Shown: piece by piece, positions 10,300-26,592 of the stretch
Position numbering within the stretch: position 1 is the first letter of the stretch
How the letters are laid out: each line of letters opens with the position of its first letter
DNA from: an uncultured Acidobacteriota bacterium
GTDB lineage: Bacteria > Acidobacteriota > UBA6911
Assembly: GCA_963843575.1 (NCBI GenBank)
Contig: CAWJKZ010000014.1
Span: 1 to 64,000 of the forward strand
DNA: 64,000 nucleotides
Reading direction: 5' to 3'
Notes under the pieces: model-generated
The model's database searches: none
What the model was told of the DNA's origin: nothing
Seen by the model: the letters and a program-made list of their open reading frames with translations, nothing else
Program-made: the position numbers and the translations under genes

Positions 10300-10571
10300 G
10301 GGTCTGTCACAGAATAACAGGTCCACTTTGCTGCGGGCCCCCAGGCCCGCTGACAAGGCGGCAGCGACGAGCATACCCGGGGTGGTATGTAAGGAGCGAG
10401 CAACGCTGTCAGCGGGCCTGCGGGCCGCAGCCCGGAGGGGCGCGGCGGCGGGCGGGCATCGGCGGCGTTGCCGCTCCTCGATAATGTCGCCACATCGCCT
10501 GCGTCGCGGCGCCTTGCATCTGCCCGCCCGGCGCTCGCGCCAAAGTGGGCCTGTTATTCTGTGACAGACCC
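10300..10571. mobile_element. MITE, 272 bp, 31-bp terminal inverted repeats, TTA target duplication
   Basis: Left TIR GGGTCTGTCACAGAATAACAGGTCCACTTTG matches the right end at 30/31; TTA at 10297-10299 and 10572-10574; internal hairpins. Confidence 0.88.
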
Positions 10572-10617
10572 TTAATCACACTGCAGCAGACAACGCCCTT
10601 CCACCCTTCGCCCGTGC

Positions 10618-11199
10618 CTACGGTTCGATTCTCGTGCCCAAGACGGCCAGGAACCGGGCGAGCCAAGCCGGGTGCGCGGGCCAGGCCGGCGCCGTGACCA
10701 TGTTTCCGTCCACGTGTGCCTCGTCCATCGGGACGTCGACGTACCTGCCCCCGGCGCGAGTCACGTCGGGGCCCACGGCGGGGTACGCGGAACAACTCCT
10801 TCCCTCCAGCACGCCGGCCGCTGCCAGCAGTTGGGCGGCGTGACAGACGGCCGCAATGGGTTTCCGGGCCTCGGCGAAGTGGCGCACCGCCTCGAGGACC
10901 TCCCGGTTCAGCCGGAGGTATTCGGGAGCGCGGCCCCCCGGGATCACCAGCGCGTCGTAGCTCTCCGGTTTCACCTCGTCAAACGTCGCGTTCAGCGCGA
11001 AGTTGTGGCCAGGCTTTTCGCTGTATGTCTGATCCCCTTCGAAGTCGTGAATCGCCGTCCGCACCTTCTCGCCCGTCCGCTTGCCCGGGCAGACGGCGTG
11101 GACGGTGTGGCCCACCATCAGGAGCGCCTGAAACGGCACCATTACCTCGTAATCTTCGACGTAGTCACCCACCAGCATCAATATCCTCTTCGCTGCCAT
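10618..11199 (-). CDS. DJ-1/PfpI family protein
   Basis: [53 protein letters not shown]. Confidence 0.95.
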   Translation of the reverse strand: MAAKRILMLVGDYVEDYEVMVPFQALLMVGHTVHAVCPGKRTGEKVRTAIHDFEGDQTYSEKPGHNFALNATFDEVKPESYDALVIPGGRAPEYLRLNREVLEAVRHFAEARKPIAAVCHAAQLLAAAGVLEGRSCSAYPAVGPDVTRAGGRYVDVPMDEAHVDGNMVTAPAWPAHPAWLARFLAVLGTRIEP

Positions 11200-11336
11200 G
11201 GCATCCTCCTGTTCGTCCCCGCAGAAGTTGTCGATCACAATGATGTCGCTGGAGATCCTACCGGTGCAGGGAAGCCAGCCACCGTTCGGCACACGCCGGA
11301 TTAACGATAGCACAATCGGCCGGACCGCCGTGTCGG

Positions 11337-11768
11337 TCACAGACGGTATCGGGCAAGGTTGTAGGGAAGCTCCACGATCGCCATCACCGAGACGGGTCGC
11401 GCGTGGAGGTATGTCGGCTCGTACCGCCATTTGCAGACCGCCGCCAGCACTGCCTCCCGCAGCGGTGCGCGGCAGCGCAGGAAGTGCACGGAGTATACCG
11501 CGCCGGCCTCGTTTATCGTGACCTGCAGGAGAATCCTCCCGGCGCCTCGCGCGTCGGGAGGGTAGACCGGCTGGATGGACGTTCGAAGCTTGGACTTCTG
11601 CACGTTCGAGCCCACCCTGATGGGTTCCGACAGCGGGGCGGCCGCACCGCAACGGGACTCTTCGGGTCTGCGCCCCGATTCCTGCGCGGGGGCGGCATTT
11701 TGGCCGCGGACAGCTGCGGGCGGAAACATCAGCAGGCAGAAAACGGCCGTGGGGATGCGGTGTCTCAT
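11337..11768 (-). CDS. Secreted TonB C-terminal domain protein
   Basis: Signal peptide, [13 protein letters not shown]...PVYPPDAR...AVCKWRYEP. Confidence 0.8.
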   Translation of the reverse strand: MRHRIPTAVFCLLMFPPAAVRGQNAAPAQESGRRPEESRCGAAAPLSEPIRVGSNVQKSKLRTSIQPVYPPDARGAGRILLQVTINEAGAVYSVHFLRCRAPLREAVLAAVCKWRYEPTYLHARPVSVMAIVELPYNLARYRL

Positions 11769-11947
11769 GAGACCTCCTTCGTGGAGCGCTGCACTTCTAT
11801 ACGGGAACGGCGCTTTGCGCCGAGGCACCCTCGCCCGTATTCCGAGAAACCGGGTCCCTCGAGCTGAAACGACCTTACCCCGATTGAATGTCGGTTCGCT
11901 ACGGGGCACAATGCAGGGAAGTTGCCCATTCCGGTGTGGGGGTCTCT

Positions 11948-12730
11948 ATGAATCGTGCAGTCCTGGTCCTGGCCACACTCGCCTTCACCGCGCCCGCAGC
12001 GCAACGGGTAAGCCTCGGTCCCGTGCAGGACCGCGACGCGCGGGAAACTCGCGCACCGGCATCCCTTTCCGAGTTTACCTTCGTTCGGGCCATCTACAGT
12101 TCCCCTTTCCGCGGTCGGCGCTGGGGTTCGTGGGCGACCGATTTTCCGGAGGCCGACAACCATTTCATCGCGGGCGTCCGTTTCTGGTCGGGGGCGAACC
12201 TGGACATCTCCGTCAAACCTGAGCAACTCCCGATACTCGACGACCGCCTCTTCGGCTATCCGCTGATCTATTTCGTCGAGCCGGGCTACATGGACCTTTC
12301 CGAAGACGAGGCCGCCCGGTTGCGCGAATACGTGGCCCGCGGCGGTTTCCTGTTCCTCGACGATTTCTGGGGAGACTACGAGTGGGAGAACGTGCGCGTC
12401 CAAATGCACAGGGTCTTCCCGAACTCTCCGGTAGACGACCTGCCCCCGGAGCATCCGCTGTTCCACTCCTATTTCGACCTCGATGGGGTCGTCCAGGTTC
12501 CGGGAATCAGCGCCTGGCTGGGCCGCGGCGTGACGTACGAGAAAGGGGGCGTCGTGCCCCACTACATGGGCGTCGAGGACGGCAAGGGTCGCCTCGTGGC
12601 CTTCATCGCACGCAACTGCGACCTCGGCGACGCCTGGGAGTGGATCGACGACCCGAGGTACCCGATAGAGTACGGCTTGGCCGCTTACAAGGTCGGGATA
12701 AACGTCATCACGTACGCCATGACCCACTAG
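11948..12730 (+). CDS. DUF4159 domain protein
   Basis: WATDFPEADNHF, YPLIYFVEPG, LREYVARGGFLFLDDFWG, DLGDAWE, GINVITYAMTH. Confidence 0.88.
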   Translation: MNRAVLVLATLAFTAPAAQRVSLGPVQDRDARETRAPASLSEFTFVRAIYSSPFRGRRWGSWATDFPEADNHFIAGVRFWSGANLDISVKPEQLPILDDRLFGYPLIYFVEPGYMDLSEDEAARLREYVARGGFLFLDDFWGDYEWENVRVQMHRVFPNSPVDDLPPEHPLFHSYFDLDGVVQVPGISAWLGRGVTYEKGGVVPHYMGVEDGKGRLVAFIARNCDLGDAWEWIDDPRYPIEYGLAAYKVGINVITYAMTH

Positions 12731-12955
12731 CGCCCGGCATCCCGTTCCTGATTGTCACCCGGGGGGAGCACTTCCTTGACCCGGCCGACGACGCCGGACA
12801 CCAGCCTCACCTTGATGCCGTGCGGGTGGTGCGGCGAGTTGGTGAGGAGATCCTCCGACTATCCCTTCCGTCAGCTTGCCGGAGCGCTGGTCCTGTTTCT
12901 GGACCACGCGCACACGCAGGCCAGGCTTGATTTCCGCTCGGTTGGTGCCGTTCAC
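12727..12955 (-). CDS. YwbE family (DUF2196) protein; frameshift near 12855
   Basis: MNGTNRAEIKPGLRVRVVQKQDQRSGKLTEGIV, then ILTNSPHHPHGIKVRL.SGVVGRVKEVL. Confidence 0.85.
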
Positions 12956-13419
12956 CCTTCTGCCTCCGTGTGCCAATCCCGGACCGCGAACGCGCCGTCA
13001 CTCGCCACGTGCACATGGTATAGCGCGTCGAATCCCTCGTCATACGACGGTGCCTGCAGCCTGGCCAACGTCGCAAAAACGGCCACATCAGGAACACGTT
13101 TCCACCCGGTCCGCCGCCCGTTGCGCGCCAGGCACTCTCGGAGGTTCACCTCGAAGTAGTACCCCTCCACGACGGCCCCGAGTTCGCGGCCCGCCGCTAT
13201 CAGTTCCGCGCGGTCCGCCACCGTCGGGTTGGTGTTGTCCACCACCACGGAACGCCCGGCACGCAGCGAATCCCGGACCAGCAGTATCTGGCGACGCGAT
13301 TTGTTCCGGTTGTGTCGCATCCGGTCCTTGCTGACCACGTCGTGGGTGGCGGCGAAGCGCGATGACAGGAAAGTGCTTTTGCCCGATCCCTGCAGCCCGA
13401 TGAAGATAACGAGCTCCAT
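12952..13419 (-). CDS. AAA_33 P-loop kinase (polynucleotide-kinase-like)
   Basis: FIGLQGSGKST Walker A, SVVVDNTN, ECLARNGRR. Confidence 0.88.
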   Translation of the reverse strand: MELVIFIGLQGSGKSTFLSSRFAATHDVVSKDRMRHNRNKSRRQILLVRDSLRAGRSVVVDNTNPTVADRAELIAAGRELGAVVEGYYFEVNLRECLARNGRRTGWKRVPDVAVFATLARLQAPSYDEGFDALYHVHVASDGAFAVRDWHTEAEG

Positions 13420-13425
13420 ACCCGA

Positions 13426-16330
13426 TCACTCGGAGTGAGATTCCAGGAGCGTCGCGGCCGCCACGATCTCCGGGGCGTCTCTGTCGGCGCCGCGCCATTC
13501 TTCCTGAAAAGCCTTGAGTTCGCGTTCGGCCTCTGGAAGCCGTCCGCTGGCAGCCAGGAACCGGGCGAGATGGAAACGCGCCAGGCCAAAATGCGGATTG
13601 TAGGCGAGCGCGTCCCGGTACGCCTGCTCCGCCTCGGCAGGTGCCTTGATCCTCTCGCAGACCGCCCCGATCTCGTCCATGAAAAAGGCCCGGTCGTGCG
13701 GAGTGCTCCAGTACCCCAGCTTGTCCCGAACCCACTTCAGGTCGTTGACGGCCTGTGCCGCTTCGGCGGTGCGTCCTTCTGCCGCCCGGATCTCGGCCAG
13801 CAGGTGCAGCCAATACTTATAGGAAGGCTTGAAGTTCATTGCTGTAATGGAGTTCGCATCAAGCATTTTTCTCATCTGTGCGAGGGCCGTCATGGGCCGC
13901 CGGCAGGTCTTGACGGTCGAGTTCGACGATGCCCTTCATCCAGACGAGTTCGTCGCTGGGGGCGTCGTTGCGCGCGTTTCCCATCAATTCGAGCCCGCGG
14001 TCGCAGGCTGCCGCAGCCAGGGCGGTGCGGCCGGTGCGGTGGTACAGGAAAGCCAGTGCAGCCTGGAACCTGGCTTTCTGCGTCTTGTCCGAAGTTTCGG
14101 CTGCCAGCCTCTTGAGACGCCGTTCTGCGTCGCGGTTGCGTCCCTGGAGGATTTCAATGAAGGCCAGGGTCCGCTTGGCGTAATACAGGCTCGAGTCCTG
14201 GTCGACGGCCATCCTTTTGGCGTCAAAGGCCTTGGCGTACTCGCCGGCGCTCATGTACGCGTCGCCGAGGCTGTCGAATGCGTTCGGGGAGGGGTCGAGT
14301 TCCAGGTAGCGGGTCATGGCCTGGAGGGCGCGGGCGTGGTCGCCCTTCCAAGAGTAACAGTAGCCGAGGTGGTTGTAGGCCAAGGCGTACCTGTCGTCCA
14401 GCTTGAGTGCCTCCAGGTACTTGGCGGCCGCCTCGTCCGCATCGGCGGTGTGGAAGTAGGACTCGGCGAGCTCGTAGACGTACTCCTTGCGGTGAGGCTG
14501 GAGCCCGAGCAGTTTCTCGAGCTGCACGCGCTCTTCGAACGGTTTGCCAGAGACGCGGGCCAGCAGCGCATTGATCCGCAGGCGGTCGACCTCCGTGAGC
14601 GAGCCGGCCTGGTCCCTGGCCACGAGTATCTCGGATTGGGCGACGTCCCACTGGTTCTGAAAGACGCGCACCTCGCCCAACAGGAGCCGCGCCAGCGCAA
14701 AGGTGGGGTCGATCTCGAGGGCGGAGCGGAGTTCGTGTTCAGCCACCCCCATATCCAGGTGCGACCAGGCTTGGGATCCGCGCCAATAGTGGCGCAGGGC
14801 GTCGAGGTGGTGCGACAAAAGCTGGACGGCGGGGCGGTACGTGGCTCCCGCCGGGGGGGCGCCCCCATCGGAGCTGTAGACACGCAGGATGTTGGAGACG
14901 AGGTCGTCGACGCCCTTGGTCATCAACTGGTCCATGCCGCGGAAGCGGCTGGACGAGGTGTCGGCACGGCCGCGGCTGTTCAGGGTCAATTGCAGGTCGA
15001 GTTCCCCCATCGACGGCCGGATCTCGCCCGTCACGAGCAGTGCCGGCTGTCGCTGCGCGGGCGCGCGCCACAGGAGGCGGTCCAGCAGGCGGACTGGAGG
15101 GGCGACCTGCGGGTTCTTCTCAAGGCGCAGCGCCAGCCCGAACTCGCGCTGGTCGTAGACCGTCACGTCCGGGTATTGTGACAGCGTGCGTTTGACGGCG
15201 AACTCGACGAGACCGGGGCTGACCGTGTCGGCCGCTCCCCGGAACTCTCCGATGACGACGCACGGGTAGTAGTCGATGCGCGGCGGCAGGAAGAAGAGGC
15301 CTGCCGCGATCACGAACAGGGCCGCCAGGACAAGGCCGGCGAGCCGCCACCGCCGCTTCGGCTTGGCGGGCAGGATCTGCGCTGCCGGTTCGGCCGGGGC
15401 GACGGGCCGTGAGGCGTTCGACGCACCAGGCGGAGGCGACTTGGCGAGCTCGGCGGCGCCCGCCAGGACGCGCCCGGAGTCCCGCTCCCACTTCAGGCGC
15501 CTGAGGTCCGCGCAGAGTTCGGCGGCCGAGTGGTAGCGCACCTCGCGGTCCTTGACGACGGCCTTGAGGATGACATCCTGTAGCCCCTGGGGGATCGCAG
15601 GATTCCAGAGCATCGGAGGGGGTGGTGTGCGATTGAGGATCGCATCGAAAATCACTCCGGATGTCGGCCCGCCGAACGGCTGCCTGCCGGTGGCCATCTC
15701 GTACAGCACGGCCCCGATGGAAAAGACGTCGCTACGGGCGTCGACCTCTTCGCCGCGCACTTGCTCGGGCGACATGTAGGCAGCCGTGCCAATGGCGATG
15801 CCGGGGGAGGTCAGGTTGCCGTCGCTCTGTCCGCCGCCGGCCGGGGCCGGAAGCCAGTCGGCCGCGAGCTTGGCCAGCCCAAAATCCAGGACTTTCACCT
15901 GCCCCGCGGACGTGATGAAGATGTTGGCGGGTTTGATGTCCCTGTGGATGATCCCCTTGGCGTGGGCGGCGGCGAGCGCGTCGGTGATCTGGATCGCGCA
16001 GTCGAGGAGGGTGTCCGGATCCAGCGGGGAGCCGGCTATCCTCTGGGCCAGGGTCTGACCCTCCAGGTACTCCATGATGATGAACGGGTGGTCTGCGTCG
16101 TCGCAGATGTCGTACAGGGTGCAGATGTTGGGATGGTTCAGTGCCGAGGCGGCGCGCGCCTCGCGCTGAAGACGCTTGAGCGCCTGGTCGTTGCGGGCCA
16201 GTTCCTCCGGGAGAAACTTGCAGGCGACGGGACGCCCGAGACGAACGTCTTCGGCGCGGTAGACGACCCCCATACCGCCACCCCCGAGCTTCTCGATGAT
16301 TCTGTAGTGGGAGATGGTTTTTCCGATCAT
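13426..16330 (-). CDS. Membrane Ser/Thr protein kinase with extracytoplasmic TPR repeats; frameshift near 13890
   Basis: LGGGGMGVVY, HRDIKPAN, DFG, YMSPEQ; TM helix at LAGLVLAALFVIAAGLFFL; TPRs continue in 13426..13893. Confidence 0.92.
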
Positions 16331-16422
16331 GCAACCGATCCGCGGAACGCCCCCGCACTGGAATGTTCGATCTTAGAGTCTGAGGCGGGTGAACTCAACG
16401 GAAAAGGGGGAAGCGGAGGGGC

Positions 16423-16505
16423 AGAAGCCGGGAGCCGGAAGCCCGGAACCGGAAGCCGCGTGACAGACTTCTGACTTCGTCTTCCGGCTCCGGGCTTCCG
16501 GCTCC
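16423..16505. repeat. Inverted array of degenerate 7-mer repeats (GGAAGCC / GGCTTCC)
   Basis: AGAAGCC GGGAGCC GGAAGCC CGGAACC GGAAGCC, then TTCCGGCTCCGGGCTTCCGGCTCC, in a divergent intergenic region. Confidence 0.6.
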
Positions 16506-16600
16506 TCGCTTGTTCATCTGTGGCGTTTTGACCGAAGACAACTTACAATCGGGCGTCGCCTGACCTGCATGGCTCCCGCACGGGAGGAAGAGGAGACCGT

Positions 16601-17761
16601 ATGCACCCTCGCATCCTGAGACCCGTCCTGCTCGCGTTGATGTTGTGGCCTGCGGCGGGCTCGATAGGTGGACCAATGACCAGTAACTCGACTGCAGCAA
16701 GCGGAGCCGGTCCGCAGCGGAGCGCGGGCATTTCCAAGGGTCTTTTCGGCAAGCTGCCGGATGGGACTCCTGTAGACGTGTATACCCTGTCGAGCGGCCG
16801 GGGCATGTTCGTACGGGTCATCAGCTACGGCGCCACGGTGATCAGCATCGATGTCCCCGACAGGAGCGGCAAGCCGGGCGACGTGGTGCTCGGTTTTGAC
16901 AACCTTACGGCGTACCTGGGCACGCACCCCTACTTCGGCTCGACCGTGGGGCGGGTCGGCAATCGCATCGCCAAGGGGAAGTTCAGGCTCGGCGCGGTCG
17001 AGTACAAGCTCGCCACCAACGACGGGCCCAACCATCTCCACGGCGGGGTCAGGGGTTTCGACAAGGTCGTGTGGAAAGCCGAGCCCGCCCCTGGCGGCGC
17101 GCCGTCGGTCAAGTTCTCCTACGTCAGCCGAGACGGCGAAGAGGGGTACCCCGGCAACCTGAAAGCCTCGGTCGTATTCTCCGTGTCGCCCGCCAACGAG
17201 TTGAAGATCGAGTACGCGGCGACCACAGACAAGCCCACGCCGGTGAACCTGACCAACCACAGCTACTTCAACCTTGCCGGCGCGGGGAATGGCGACATTC
17301 TCAGCCACGTGCTGATGCTGGCCGCCGACCGGTATACCCCGGTCGACGACACGCTGATCCCCACGGGGGAAATCGCCTCTGTGAAAGGGTCCGCCATGAA
17401 TTTCACGACGCCGACTGCCATTGGCGCCCGTATTTCACAGGTCAAAGGGGGGTACGACCACAACTACGTCCTCAATGGGGGCGGTTCCCGGACCCCGTCG
17501 CTCGCCGCGCGGGTGATGGAGCCGAAGAGCGGCCGTATAATGGAGGCTCTGACCATGGAGCCCGGCGTGCAGTTCTACACCGGCAATTTTCTGGACGGCA
17601 CCCTGAAGGGCATCGGCGGTGTCTACCGCAAGCACTCCGGATTCTGCCTGGAAACGCAACATTTCCCCGATTCGGTCAACCACCCCGCTTTCCCTTCCAC
17701 AATTCTAAAGCCAGGCGAGACATACCGGACCGTCACGCTCTATCGCTTCCTGACCGAATGA
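16601..17761 (+). CDS. galM: Aldose 1-epimerase (mutarotase) with signal peptide
   Basis: GRVGNRI, NHLHGG, EEGYPG, NLTNHSYFNL, YDHNY, FCLETQHFPDS. Confidence 0.95.
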   Translation: MHPRILRPVLLALMLWPAAGSIGGPMTSNSTAASGAGPQRSAGISKGLFGKLPDGTPVDVYTLSSGRGMFVRVISYGATVISIDVPDRSGKPGDVVLGFDNLTAYLGTHPYFGSTVGRVGNRIAKGKFRLGAVEYKLATNDGPNHLHGGVRGFDKVVWKAEPAPGGAPSVKFSYVSRDGEEGYPGNLKASVVFSVSPANELKIEYAATTDKPTPVNLTNHSYFNLAGAGNGDILSHVLMLAADRYTPVDDTLIPTGEIASVKGSAMNFTTPTAIGARISQVKGGYDHNYVLNGGGSRTPSLAARVMEPKSGRIMEALTMEPGVQFYTGNFLDGTLKGIGGVYRKHSGFCLETQHFPDSVNHPAFPSTILKPGETYRTVTLYRFLTE

Positions 17762-17831
17762 CCCGCGCGGGGAGGATGCGACCAGTGGATATCATCATTT
17801 CCCTGCGGCTGCGAGGCGGGAGACCGGCCGC

Positions 17832-19045
17832 ATGATCGACGTCTCGCGCTTCCGGACATTCAGGTACAAGGCGGAGACGGAACTGTGCGACGACATCCTG
17901 CCGTTCTGGTTGAAGTATACCCGGGATGAAGAGCGCGGCGGTTTTTTCGGGACTATAAACAACGATCTTGTGGTCGAACGGGGTGCGCCCAAGGGGGTTG
18001 TCCTCAACGCCCGCATCCTCTGGACATTCGCGCGGGCCCATCGGCTCTACGGGACCGAGGCGTTGCTCGGGATGGCGCGACGCGCCTGCGAGTACTGTCG
18101 TCCGCCACTTCCTCGACCCGCAGCACGGGGGTGTGTACTGGACGGTGGATTTCCGCGGGTTGCCGCTCGACACCCGCAAGAAGACCTACGCTCAGGCGTT
18201 CACGGTTTACGGGCTAGCCGAGTACGCGGCCGCGGCGTCGGATACGGCCGCGTTGGGCCGCGCTTCCGAACTGATGGAGACGGTGGTGCATCACTGCCGC
18301 GACACGGAGAACGGCGGGTACTTCGAGTCGTTCACCCGCGGGTGGACCGTCGACGTCGATCAGCGGCTGAGCGACGCGGACCTGGACGAAAAGAAATCCA
18401 TGAACGCCCACCTGCACCTGCTCGAAGCCTGTGCGGCGCTCGTGCGCTTGCAGCCGGGAGGGCCGGCTCGTCCGTGGTTGAGGGAGCTCGTTGAGATTTT
18501 TCTTCGCGCATCGTCGACCCGCTGACCTCGCACCTCCGGATGTTTTTCACCGAGTCGTGGCAGCCGCGCTCCGACCGCGTCTCGTTCGGCCACGACATCG
18601 AGGGAAGCTGGCTGCTGTGCGAGGCGGCCGATGCGCTCGGCGACGAGGCGCTGGTCCGGGAGAGTCCGGGAAGCCGCGGCGCGGATTGCGCGTGCTGTTT
18701 ACCAGGAAGGACGCGACGACGACGGGGGGATCCTGTACGAGGCGGATCCCTCCGGGATCGTCGACGACGACAGGCACTGGTGGCCGCAGGCCGAGGGTGT
18801 CGTCGGTTTTCTGAACGCCTACGAAGCTCACCGCCGACGAAAGGTACTTCGCCGCCGCGGAGGGTTGTTGGGACTTTGTCGAGCGCAGCCTGATCGACCG
18901 CGCCCGGGGCGAATGGTACTGGAAGGTGTCGCGCTCCGGCGTTCCCGACTACCGAAAGCCCAAAGTCGACTTGTGGAAGTGCCCTTATCACAACGGCCGC
19001 GCCTGCATCGAGACTATGGCGCGGCTGGACAGGATGGCCGGCTAG
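17832..19045 (+). CDS. Cellobiose 2-epimerase (AGE family); several frameshifts
   Basis: ILPFW, KGVVLNARILW, KSMNAHLHLLEA, SFGHDIEGSWLL, WWPQAE, WKCPYHNGRAC. Confidence 0.9.
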
Positions 19046-19080
19046 CCCGGTGCGCCCGTCCTTCACCGGAAAGACGAAAA

Positions 19081-20352
19081 ATGCGACCAGCAAGCATTCC
19101 CTCCCCCGCCGTGCTCCCCTTCGGTGTCACCAACGCCAGGCGGTGGTGGATCGTGGGTCTCCTGTTCACGGCTTCGATGATCAACTACATGGACCGGGCT
19201 ACGATCTCGATTGCGCTCCCGCTGATCTCGAAGGACCTGGCACTCGGCCCGGCGGCCAAGGGGATACTGCTGTCCGCGTTTTTCTGGTCGTACGCGCTGA
19301 TGCAGATCCCGATCGGTTTCGTGGCCGACCGCGCCAACCTGAGGTGGCTCTATGCCGGAGCTTTCGTGCTCTGGTCGGTCGCCCAGGGATTGACGGGTCT
19401 GTCCGGCGGGTTGAGTACCCTAATCGCGCTGCGCATCCTGCTCGGGATCGGCGAGTCGATCTACCTGCCGGGCGGTACCAAGATCGTCAGCCTGCTGTTC
19501 TCCTCGCGCGAACGCGGCCTGCCCTGTGGGTTGTTCGATATGGGAACCCGGACCGGGCTCGTCATCGACGGGATCCTCATCCCGTGGCTGATCGTGCACT
19601 ACGGCTGGCGGCGCATGTTCATGATCGTCGGTTTCGCGGCGCTCGTGTGGCTGCTGCCTTGGTTGCTGGTCATGCAGAACCGGATCCGCGCGGGAGGGGC
19701 GGCGACCGAGGCCTCGAAGGCGCCGGCCGGCGGCCGCCGGCGCATCTTCACCTACAACCGGAACCTGCTCGGAATCTGCCTCGGGTTCTTCTGTTTCGAC
19801 TACTACTGGTATCTGCTGGTAACGTGGCTGCCCGATTACCTGGTCACGGTGCGGAACCTGACCATTTTGAAGGCCGGGTTCTTTGCCGCCCTCCCCTACT
19901 TCGTCTTCGGCGCGAGCGAGCCGATCGGAGGCTGGATCGCGGACCGCCTCATCGCGTTGGGCTGGGACCGGACGCGCACGCGCAAGGGCATCGTGACCTT
20001 CGCCTTCTGCACTGGGCTGTTCCTGATTCCCGCGGCGCGGGTGGCCGACGCCCACACGGCGATCCTCCTCATCATCGGAGGATCGCTGGTTGGCCTTGCC
20101 ACCGGCAACCTGCTCGTCATCCTGCAGGATTGCGCGCCGCCGGACGAGGTCGGGGTGTGGACGGGTGTGGAGAACTTTGTCGGCAACCTGGCCGGCATCG
20201 CGGCCCCGATCGTGACAGGACTGCTGATCAGCTGGACGGGCTCCTATTTCCCGGCCTTCGCACTCGCGGCCATCATGCTGTTCGCAGGTTTGTTCTCGTA
20301 CTGGTTTGTCGTCGGTGAGCTTCCCGGGTCCGAACCGGCGAAATCAGCGTGA
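19081..20352 (+). CDS. MFS transporter, anion:cation symporter (ExuT-like)
   Basis: INYMDRATISIA, SAFFWSYALMQIP.G, RILLGIGES; ~12 TM helices. Confidence 0.92.
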   Translation: MRPASIPSPAVLPFGVTNARRWWIVGLLFTASMINYMDRATISIALPLISKDLALGPAAKGILLSAFFWSYALMQIPIGFVADRANLRWLYAGAFVLWSVAQGLTGLSGGLSTLIALRILLGIGESIYLPGGTKIVSLLFSSRERGLPCGLFDMGTRTGLVIDGILIPWLIVHYGWRRMFMIVGFAALVWLLPWLLVMQNRIRAGGAATEASKAPAGGRRRIFTYNRNLLGICLGFFCFDYYWYLLVTWLPDYLVTVRNLTILKAGFFAALPYFVFGASEPIGGWIADRLIALGWDRTRTRKGIVTFAFCTGLFLIPAARVADAHTAILLIIGGSLVGLATGNLLVILQDCAPPDEVGVWTGVENFVGNLAGIAAPIVTGLLISWTGSYFPAFALAAIMLFAGLFSYWFVVGELPGSEPAKSA

Positions 20353-20383
20353 GTGGCACTCTTGACCTGTGCGGGGTTCAATT

Positions 20384-20792
20384 TGGAGTGCCGCGGCTCG
20401 ACAGGCTAGACGCCGCTTTGGTGGCGGCGCCTTGGCGCCACCGCAGGCCGAGGTCGCAGGGTGGCATTTCGCAATTCGGCGTGGCGCCGAGGCGCCGGGC
20501 ATTCCGGCCTTAGGGCTCGCGCGAGAATGATTTCCCATTTTGCTGACGGCTCCCGGGCCAATAGATCATGCGGCAACCAAAGATAGGAGATTGCTATTGA
20601 CGGAGCCGTCAGCCCTCCGGGGCGCGGCGGCGGGCGGGTATCTGCGGCGTTGCCGCTCCTCGACGATGTCACCACATCGCCTGCGTCGCGGCGCCTTGCA
20701 TCTGTCCGCCCGGCGCTCGCGCCAAAATGTGAACTTATTCTTGCGCGACCCTTAGGACGTAAGTGAAAGCGGCGCCGAGGCGCCGCACTCCA
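20384..20792. repeat. REP-like element with TGGAGTG...CACTCCA termini, interrupted by a MITE
   Basis: Removing 20513-20754 restores a sequence collinear with the reverse complement of the copies at 30113-30242 and 35161-35250. Confidence 0.8.
20513..20751. mobile_element. MITE, 239 bp, same family as 10300-10571, TTA duplication
   Basis: Imperfect ~29-bp TIRs; TTA at 20510-20512 and 20752-20754; 20619-20726 nearly identical to 10438-10545. Confidence 0.85.
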
Positions 20793-20815
20793 GATCACAC
20801 GTGCGGAACTTCTTC

Positions 20816-26402
<5,587 letters not shown>

Positions 26403-26592
26403 ATATGACCATAAGTTATGAAATGGTGTTACTAATGAACTGCGATTTATACGTCAGGGGAGCATCTTTCCGCAAGGACGGGTGCGAATTCCACCGAATT
26501 CGATCCCCCGCGCCGCGGGCGCGTCGACCGATTTTCTGGCATGGACGTCAGGAGCTTGGCTATGCTTACGCGATCGGGGAAAGGGGCTACAG

